Source: an uncultured Verrucomicrobiae bacterium
GTDB lineage: Bacteria; Verrucomicrobiota; Verrucomicrobiia; Limisphaerales; JAFGQR01
Reading direction: 5' to 3'
DNA: 64,000 nt
NCBI GenBank assembly: GCA_963788655.1
Contig: CAWBHS010000002.1
Coordinates: forward strand, 1 to 64,000
This document shows, piece by piece, positions 57,097 through 64,000 of the stretch. The notes below the pieces were generated by a model that saw only the letters and a program-made list of their open reading frames with translations, was not told where the DNA came from and searched no databases. The translations under genes and the position numbers were made by a program. Positions within the stretch are counted from its first letter, which is position 1. Each line of letters opens with the position of its first letter.

Positions 57097-58152
57097 ATGA
57101 GCAACCCGGCAAAAATCTCGTATGCGTTCATCGCGCTGCTGCTGTTGTTGGTCTGCGTGCTGCACCTTTCGACGCCGTTCATCACGGTGCTGTTCTCCTA
57201 TTTCGCGCTGAACAAACTCCGGTTCGGCCGCGGGAAAGGATTGTCGGTTGTATTGTTCCTGTTGCTGGTGCTGGCCTTGGGATACGGCTCTTATTATTTT
57301 GTGAAGAAGGCCTACGTGGCGTTGCCCAAGATCGCCACCACCACCATCCCGGTGATCATCGAATACGCGGAGAAACAAGGCGTCGAACTGCCCTTCACGG
57401 ACTACCAAAGCCTCAAGGTACAGGCGGTGGAAAGCATCAAGACGAAAGTGGCCGGCCTGGGGCAATACGCCAAGCACGTGGTGATGGAGGTGGCGGCGTT
57501 CCTCATCGGCTTGGCCGCCGCGGTCAGCTTGTTCATCAATGCCCGCTGGCAAACGGAACCCACACCTCGGGCCGCGCGTGACAATTTGTACACCTCGAGT
57601 TGGAAGGAAATCTCGAAACGGTTTCGGACGTTTTACAGCAGCTTCAGCAAAGTCATGGGCGCCCAGATTGTGATCTCGGGCATCAATACCTCCCTCACCG
57701 CCGTCTTTCTCCTGTGGAACCAGTTTCCTTTCGCCGGCGTCATCATCGTGCTGACGTTTCTGTGCGGCCTGCTGCCCATCGTTGGCAACCTCATCAGCAA
57801 CACCCTCATCCTCGGCGTCGCGCTGACCATTTCCCCGAAGCTCGCACTGCTGGCCTTGATCTTCCTGGTGGTGCTGCACAAGCTCGAGTATTTCCTGAAC
57901 AGCAAGATCATTGGTGACCGCATCAAGAATCCCATGTGGTTGACGTTGCTGGGTTTGATCCTGGGCGAAAAACTGATGGGCATTCCCGGCATGATCCTGG
58001 CCCCGGTGATGTTGCATTACATTAAGATCGAGGCCTCGCGCGGCCGGGTTTCCGCGCTGCGCACAAGTCCGGCGCCGTCTGCGCCCGCGAACAATCTCTC
58101 CGAACTACCCCGGGACAGGGTGACGCAAGGCGTTGCAGAGTTGAAACGTTAA
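57097..58152 (+). CDS. AI-2E family transporter
   Basis: Multiple TM helices; LLPIVGN, KLEYFLNSKIIG, GIPGMILAP. Confidence 0.85.
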   Translation: MSNPAKISYAFIALLLLLVCVLHLSTPFITVLFSYFALNKLRFGRGKGLSVVLFLLLVLALGYGSYYFVKKAYVALPKIATTTIPVIIEYAEKQGVELPFTDYQSLKVQAVESIKTKVAGLGQYAKHVVMEVAAFLIGLAAAVSLFINARWQTEPTPRAARDNLYTSSWKEISKRFRTFYSSFSKVMGAQIVISGINTSLTAVFLLWNQFPFAGVIIVLTFLCGLLPIVGNLISNTLILGVALTISPKLALLALIFLVVLHKLEYFLNSKIIGDRIKNPMWLTLLGLILGEKLMGIPGMILAPVMLHYIKIEASRGRVSALRTSPAPSAPANNLSELPRDRVTQGVAELKR

Positions 58153-58180
58153 TCGGGGTAAAAGGAAGAAGCCCCATGAT

Positions 58181-58353
58181 GGTAGGGCGAGACTCCGTCG
58201 AGTCCTGATTTCCCCGCATGGCTTCCGAATACCTGAATCCTAAAATCGCCGGAGGCGTTTTGCCGCTCGAACGCTATGGATTTCCCCTTACAAGCCATTC
58301 AATTGACGAATGCGCTCAGGAATTGTCAGGGCTCGACGGAGTCTCGCCCTACC
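58181..58353. repeat. REPIN (GTAGGGCGAGACTC family)
   Basis: Arms 58181-58208 and 58326-58353, nearly identical to 36369-36538. Confidence 0.85.
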
Positions 58354-58521
58354 AGGAATCTGGCGATGGTTCGAAATGGGATCCGCATTCGGAAATCGGA
58401 AATCGGATTTCGTAATTCGGTCTTCGGGCTTTAGTGCGCTCCATCGCGGCTGAGTCGGTTCCAGGTTTGCGGTTGACGAACTCCCTGCCCCCGGCTTTGA
58501 TGCCCGCAACTTCAATCCATT

Positions 58522-60165
58522 ATGAAATCAGAACGAGCATTCTCGGTAAGTCCTGAAGGCGAAAAGTTCTTCCTCCCTTCCCCCACTGACTACAAGAAAG
58601 AGTTCGCCCGTCTGCAACGACTGGCGGCGCAAAACCGCAAACAAGGCAAGGAAATCGTGGTGGTCGTTGGCCTCGGTTTTGTGGGCGCGGTGATGGCCGC
58701 CGTCGTCGCCGATGCCAAGAACAAGGAAGGCCACAGCACGAAATTCGTCATCGGCATGCAACGGCCCAGCAGCCGAAGCTACTGGAAGACGCCGTTGCTC
58801 AATCGCGGGGTGTCGCCGGTCAAGGCCGAAGATCCCGAGGTGGCGATGATGATTGCGCGCTGCGTCAAGAAGCAAAAGACGCTGGTCGCCACCTATACCG
58901 AGGAAGCGTTGAAACTAGCCGACGTGGTGGTGGTGGACGTGCAATGCGATTACCTCAAGGAATCGCTCGGCAATGTCCGCACCGGCGCCGCGGACATGGA
59001 AGCCCTCGAGGCGTCCCTGGGCACCATCGCCCAGCACGTCCCGCCGGAGGCACTCGTATTGATCGAAACCACCGTGGCGCCCGGGACGACCGAGCAAGTG
59101 GCCTATCCGATCATGAAGAAAATCTTCGAGCGCCGCGGGATCAAGTCCGAACCGTTGCTGGCGCACAGTTACGAGCGCGTCATGCCAGGCCGGAATTACG
59201 TGGCCTCGATCCGCGATTTCTGGCGCGTGTGCAGCGGAATCAACGACAAGGCTCGTAAGCGCGTGGTGCGATTTCTCACAGACGTGCTCAATACCGAGCA
59301 ATTCCCGTTGACGGTCCTGGACCGCCCCATTGAATCGGAAACCGCAAAGATCGTGGAGAACAGTTATCGCGCCACGATCCTGGCGTTCCTGGATGAGTGG
59401 TCTTTGTTCGCCGAGCGCAACGGGGTGGACCTCAAAAAGGTCATAGAAGCCATCAAGGTGCGCCCGACCCATTCGAACTTGATTTTCCCCGGCCCTGGCA
59501 TCGGTGGCTACTGCTTGCCTAAGGACGGCGGACTGGGCATGTGGGCTTACAAACACATCTTTGGCTGGGAAGATGACATCTTCAAAATTACCCCGGCCGC
59601 GGTGGACATCAACGACACGCGCTCGTTGCATCCGCCGCAACTGGTCCGCGATGCCCTCCGCAACATGGGCAAGCCGCTGGCTGCCGCGGACATCCTGTTA
59701 TTGGGCGCCTCCTACCGGGAGGACGTTGGCGACACGCGTTACAGTGGCTCGGAGATCATCGTGCGCAAGCTCGTGGAAATGGGCGCCAACGTCACCGTAC
59801 ATGATCCCTACGTCGAGCATTGGTGGGAATTCGAAGCGCAGGATGGTTACCCGTCCACCGGCTATAGTTTGTCGCGATTCTTCGCCCGCCAGGATGGTCT
59901 AAAAGATCTGCGCATCGAACCGGACCTTGGGAAAGCGCTGAAAGGCGTGGATGCCGTCGTGTTAGGGGTGCGCCACAAGGATTACCTGACGCTCAATCCC
60001 GACAAAGTGTTCAAGTGTGTCGGCCGGCCGTTTGCCCTAATCGATTGCTTTTGCATCCTGAACGACGACCAAATTCGCCGCTACTTCGAATTGGGCTGCG
60101 AAGTCAAAGGCATGGGGCGCGGGCATATCCGGCGAATCAAAGACAGCGTGCGGGCCCAGCGGTAA
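58522..60165 (+). CDS. Nucleotide-sugar dehydrogenase (UDP-glucose/GDP-mannose DH family)
   Basis: VGLGFVG, ETTVAPGTT, ERVMPG, AKIVENSYR, PGPGIGGYCLPKD, GDTRYS. Confidence 0.9.
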   Translation: MKSERAFSVSPEGEKFFLPSPTDYKKEFARLQRLAAQNRKQGKEIVVVVGLGFVGAVMAAVVADAKNKEGHSTKFVIGMQRPSSRSYWKTPLLNRGVSPVKAEDPEVAMMIARCVKKQKTLVATYTEEALKLADVVVVDVQCDYLKESLGNVRTGAADMEALEASLGTIAQHVPPEALVLIETTVAPGTTEQVAYPIMKKIFERRGIKSEPLLAHSYERVMPGRNYVASIRDFWRVCSGINDKARKRVVRFLTDVLNTEQFPLTVLDRPIESETAKIVENSYRATILAFLDEWSLFAERNGVDLKKVIEAIKVRPTHSNLIFPGPGIGGYCLPKDGGLGMWAYKHIFGWEDDIFKITPAAVDINDTRSLHPPQLVRDALRNMGKPLAAADILLLGASYREDVGDTRYSGSEIIVRKLVEMGANVTVHDPYVEHWWEFEAQDGYPSTGYSLSRFFARQDGLKDLRIEPDLGKALKGVDAVVLGVRHKDYLTLNPDKVFKCVGRPFALIDCFCILNDDQIRRYFELGCEVKGMGRGHIRRIKDSVRAQR

Positions 60166-60334
60166 CGGCGCACCTTACCCGGAACATTTGATTTCAAACC
60201 GGCTGCTCAAGGTGAGCCGTCGGACGGAGTGCCGATGGAAAGCTTGGGTGTTGAAGCAAGTGTTTGCGCTCTTCGTGCCTTGGCGGTGAATAGAGCCAAT
60301 TGCCTGCAACTCACCTCAGTAGCGGGACCTACCC

Positions 60335-62962
60335 TCAAATGCCCAGTGGGCGCTTCAATCGCACTACCTTTTTCACGGTTCCCTTGGTCGGTAGTTCCAA
60401 CGTGCCTGTTTGCCCGGACCAACCGTCGAGATGCCACACGATCTTCTCCGGTGGATTACGGCGGGGTGGGGTCAGGCGCAAGCGGCCTTCGGTGCCGTCC
60501 TTGGTCACTTCAAACTTAAGGCTCAACGGACCAAACTCAGTCGCAATCTCTTTCATTTCGGTCACGGCGCCGGGGCGGCGCCCATTTGGCCGGGAAACCT
60601 TCGAACAAGTGCAGTTGGTTACCCCGTTCCAAGGCCAGGCAGTGGCGCGTCAGCGGATGAACTCGGCGCTGGCCCAATTGTGCGGCATGTCGCCCACCAT
60701 CTGGTCGCCCTGCCCTTGCGGCTTATGCTCCTCGCGCCAGCACAGCAGTGGCGACGCATGATTGCCGAAGGCGTACAACGTGCGCACCGCCTTTTGGCCG
60801 TCGCCCAACCACAACCAGGCGTGTCCGTAAAACGAGCCGAAGTAATTCCAAATCCCGTTCTTCAGCCAACCGGTATCGAGTACCAATCCTTCCTTTTCCA
60901 CGGCGCGCAACATCGCCATGTTGCCGCGAACCAGCGGATCGTCCGGCGGAAAAACCTGGCCGGGATACACGGCGTGCAGGAAGGCCCATTGCGCTTTCTG
61001 CGGCGGAATGCCTTCGCCCTTCGCCATGCGAATGGGCAGGTAACGGTTGCCGTGCGTGTCGATCTTCATATCACGTTCGGCGGCCCGGCGGAAGGTCGCG
61101 TAGAAGTCGTCGTATTCCTTTTGCCAGGCGGCCGATTCATCCGTTTTGCCCAGCCAACGCGCGGCGCCAACGGCGGCGCGCATCCCGGCCATGGTCCAAT
61201 AGATGTTCGTGTATTCGGGCACGCGGTCGGACAGACCGCCGTCGCTGAAACCATCAGGAATCAGCCCCGCGTTCGGCGCGTCGGCGGGGGGCATCTGACG
61301 CATCTTCTCGATGAAGGCAAAGCCGCGTTCGACCTTGGGCCAGACTTCGCGCAGCCACGCCTGGTCACCGGTCAAGCGCGCATGGCGCGTCACGGCCCAG
61401 AGAACAATCCCGGTTTCCTTCCAATGACCGTTGATCAACATGAAGCTGCCATCGTCGCGCTGGAAATTGAGCAAATACTTGATGCCGGCGCGCGTCTCGT
61501 CCGCCCGTCCGAGATACGTTATCGCCTCCAACAGAAACGAACCATCGACCACCCACAATCCGCGGTAGCACGTCGGCCCCACCTGGAACGCGGGCAGTCC
61601 CTGTTTGATCTCACGCGCCTGGTAAATGTTGCGAATCGAAGAATCCAGCAGCGCCTGCACCCCGGCATCCGGCACCACCAGACGATCGTAAGGCAGGTCG
61701 GATTTGGCCCAATACTTCTCGGCTTTCTTCCGGGCGGATTGGGCGTCGGCAACGCTCGTGGGAAACACCGCCGGATCATCACCGCGCCCAATGCCGAACA
61801 CCAACGTCCGCGTGCCTCGCGGCGGCAGGCTGAACGGCGCGAACACCGGACCGCCTTGCTTGTCGGTGGTCAGCCAACCGCCGGGAATGAAGAGCTTCGT
61901 ATCCGATCTCACGCGCACAAGGTTGTCGTAAGGATTGGGCCAGACGGGACCATCGGTTTCGAGGCGCAGCCGGGGCGCGACCTTGACCGCCTGGCCCGAG
62001 GGATTGCGCAACGTCACGATCATCAGATCATGCCGCGGCTTCTGGCCAGTGGGCAGTCGATCCACCCCACACGCCACCCGCACCAGCGGTGCCTGGTCAA
62101 ACGGCCCGCCGCGCATGACTGTTTCCGTCGCGGGCGTTTCACCGGCGCGAAACACCCAGAGCAGGTTGAGAATGGTGTTCTTGTCCGGAGAATCTTTGGC
62201 CGCGGCCACAGCGAGATTGACATAACCATCCTCATTTTCGTCCTGCGCATCGAAGCTGAAGACCGCGGAGATATTGCGGCCTTTCTCCTTCACCAGATCG
62301 ACCGTTTGGCGGGTCTTGCCTTCGACCTGGAGGTCCAACACCCGCGCGCCGCCATTGGTATGGTAACCTTCGCACAAGCCGAACATCACCGTGAACCGTT
62401 CGCCCGGCTTGGCGGGAAAACGATATTCAATGGGGCCGTTCCAGCCGATGGCCACGTGCCCGAAGTCCGGATCGCACGGCCCCTGGGGATTCGCCCAGTC
62501 GCGCTGCCCGGTGTTGGCGCCGGTTCGTTGGATGAGCAGGGCGGGGGCGTTGGCCTTCTTGATCGGCGGAATCAAGGGAACGACGGCAAAAGTTTCTTCG
62601 AGAATTTCGATGGGGCCTGCGGTTTTGAACGTGCGCACAATTGGAATACGCGGCGCCAACAACTCCTGTTTAACCCAGGTGGTATTCTCGCCCAGATCAA
62701 AGGTGATTTTTGTTCCAAACCCGGCGTGCTTGCCGGGATAGTCGTACAGCAGTCCGCCGTCTTTGGCGACCAGCGTCTTCTGCCAATCGTCCGGCAGGCA
62801 GATGGATGTCTGCCACTGCGGCGGCGCGTAGCGGAAATCGACGGTGCAAGGATCATCCGCCGCCGCGCAGGTCGGCTGCGGACCAGCCAACACGACCAGC
62901 CAGCCAAGGCAATAGGTCAGTGCAAAAGTCAGCGGGAGGGAATTCCATTGGGATCGTTTCAT
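60335..62962 (-). CDS. Secreted six-hairpin glycosidase-like protein with malectin-like domain (frameshift ~60650)
   Basis: Signal peptide; GARVLDLQVEG; YRGLWVVDG; GDMPHNWASAE; C-terminus continues in ORF 60335-60565. Confidence 0.65.
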
Positions 62963-63096
62963 TGCTGTCTCTCCAGAGCGGCGCGGCAGCTTTTGGGCCG
63001 GAGACTGAATTGTTCGTGTTGCCATGATGGTTGAGAATACATAATCGTCAGCCCATCGTGCAATGTTGACGATTTTGGCAGTGCGTTCGGAAGACC

Positions 63097-63286
63097 GCAG
63101 GAAAGGCGTCTCGCCTGTCCTGAATTTCCCGGCACGGTCTGTATTACGGAAAAATCTACATCATGGCTGCTGAATGGCACCAAGCCGGTAGCACAGCATG
63201 TCCTCCATTTCCGTCAGCCCATTCAACCTTGATTGCAACAAAGGACGTGCTTTGGACCTTCGGGACAGGCGAGACGCCTGTCCTAC
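63097..63286. repeat. REPIN (GTAGGACAGGCGTC family)
   Basis: GCAGGAAAGGCGTCTCGCCTGTCC ... GGACAGGCGAGACGCCTGTCCTAC. Confidence 0.75.
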
Positions 63287-63336
63287 GTGTAGCGCTTCAC
63301 TGGCTGCGGTGGTTCAAATGGCGAAGTGGACCGGTT

Positions 63337-64000
63337 TCAAAAACTGAATTTGAAGCTCACTGCCAGGGTCCGGCTGCGCGGCAGGTAGGCGGTCAGGTTT
63401 AAGGGATTCAGTCGGTAGTTCTGGTCGGTGAGGTTGAGCAGACCGAGTTGGAGTTCGGCCTGACGGCGGGGGAAGCGGTATCCGGCAAAGAGGTTGAATT
63501 GCCAGAAGTCGTCACCCGGACGGGTGCCGGAGTAGCCGTGGTTGCTCTGGTGGTTCCACAGCGTTTCGAACGAGCCAAAGAAACCGCACGGATGGTAGTA
63601 GTGCGCGGCGAGATGGACCTGGTGGAGCACCGCTTCCCAATCGTAATCCCGCTGCCCACCTGCCGGAAACATGGCGCTGGCCGGGACGTCGGTGAGTTGG
63701 TAATTCAGTTCGGCCTGGCTCAACCGGTAGCGCGCGCCGAAGGACCAGTGATTGCCCACCAGTTGGTTGAACGTGAATACCAAAGTGCGTTCGTCGAAGT
63801 CGAGATGCTCGCGCATTTGGCTGGGGCTGATGGTGAACGAGGTTGCCAACAAATCAAACGCTCCGAGCTTGCGTCCGACCTCCGAGTGCAGCCATTCGCC
63901 GGAAAGTCCCAGGAACGTGCCACGTCCGACGCGCTGTTCGAGCGACAGCCCCCAGGTTTCAAACTTGGGCGCGGCGTTGGCACCGGCGACCGCTTCCGGA
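63337..64000 (-). CDS. TonB-dependent receptor-like beta-barrel, C-terminal part (truncated by window)
   Basis: Amphipathic strands, NLFAGYRF...LLNLTDQNY, terminal FKFSF. Confidence 0.7.
   Translation of the reverse strand, partial: PEAVAGANAAPKFETWGLSLEQRVGRGTFLGLSGEWLHSEVGRKLGAFDLLATSFTISPSQMREHLDFDERTLVFTFNQLVGNHWSFGARYRLSQAELNYQLTDVPASAMFPAGGQRDYDWEAVLHQVHLAAHYYHPCGFFGSFETLWNHQSNHGYSGTRPGDDFWQFNLFAGYRFPRRQAELQLGLLNLTDQNYRLNPLNLTAYLPRSRTLAVSFKFSF

Noticed and set aside
60410..63034. 874-aa plus-strand ORF and similar long antisense ORFs (e.g. 31632-33197, 37096-38550, 4646-6085, 17567-19045)
   Set aside because: They are shadows of real opposite-strand genes in GC-rich DNA and have no recognisable motifs.

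Overview
A 64-kb GC-rich bacterial window. Gene content and repeat style suggest Verrucomicrobiota (inference). Many otherwise intact genes carry single frameshifts (hemL, ubiD, gmk-like, moxR, mtnP, fumarase alpha, GH36), which looks like long-read indel error rather than decay. Bases ~12.5-64 kb are mostly ordinary: housekeeping genes (hemL, ruvX, truA, trmL, glsA, mtnP, split fumarase, glyQS), glycoside hydrolases, and a moxR-DUF58-BatA/vWA cluster extended by a multiheme cytochrome and a thioredoxin, with intergenic DNA rich in REP-like palindromes. Bases 1-12.5 kb are the unusual part. Downstream of a UbiD-family decarboxylase gene (minus strand) lie three more same-orientation fragments of that gene's 3' half. 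They are interleaved with cargo: two Y1/HUH (RAYT-like) transposases, a DUF433/DUF5615 toxin-antitoxin pair, an IS91-like element, a 5'-truncated agarase-like gene, a pyruvyltransferase and a TM0106-nuclease/IS66 fusion. The full-length gene has a divergent last ~190 bp, all three ubiD stop codons are the TAG inside a GTAG-REP, and no integrase is visible. I flag this as a candidate integrase-free gene-3'-end cassette stack. No rRNA, tRNA or CRISPR array was recognised.
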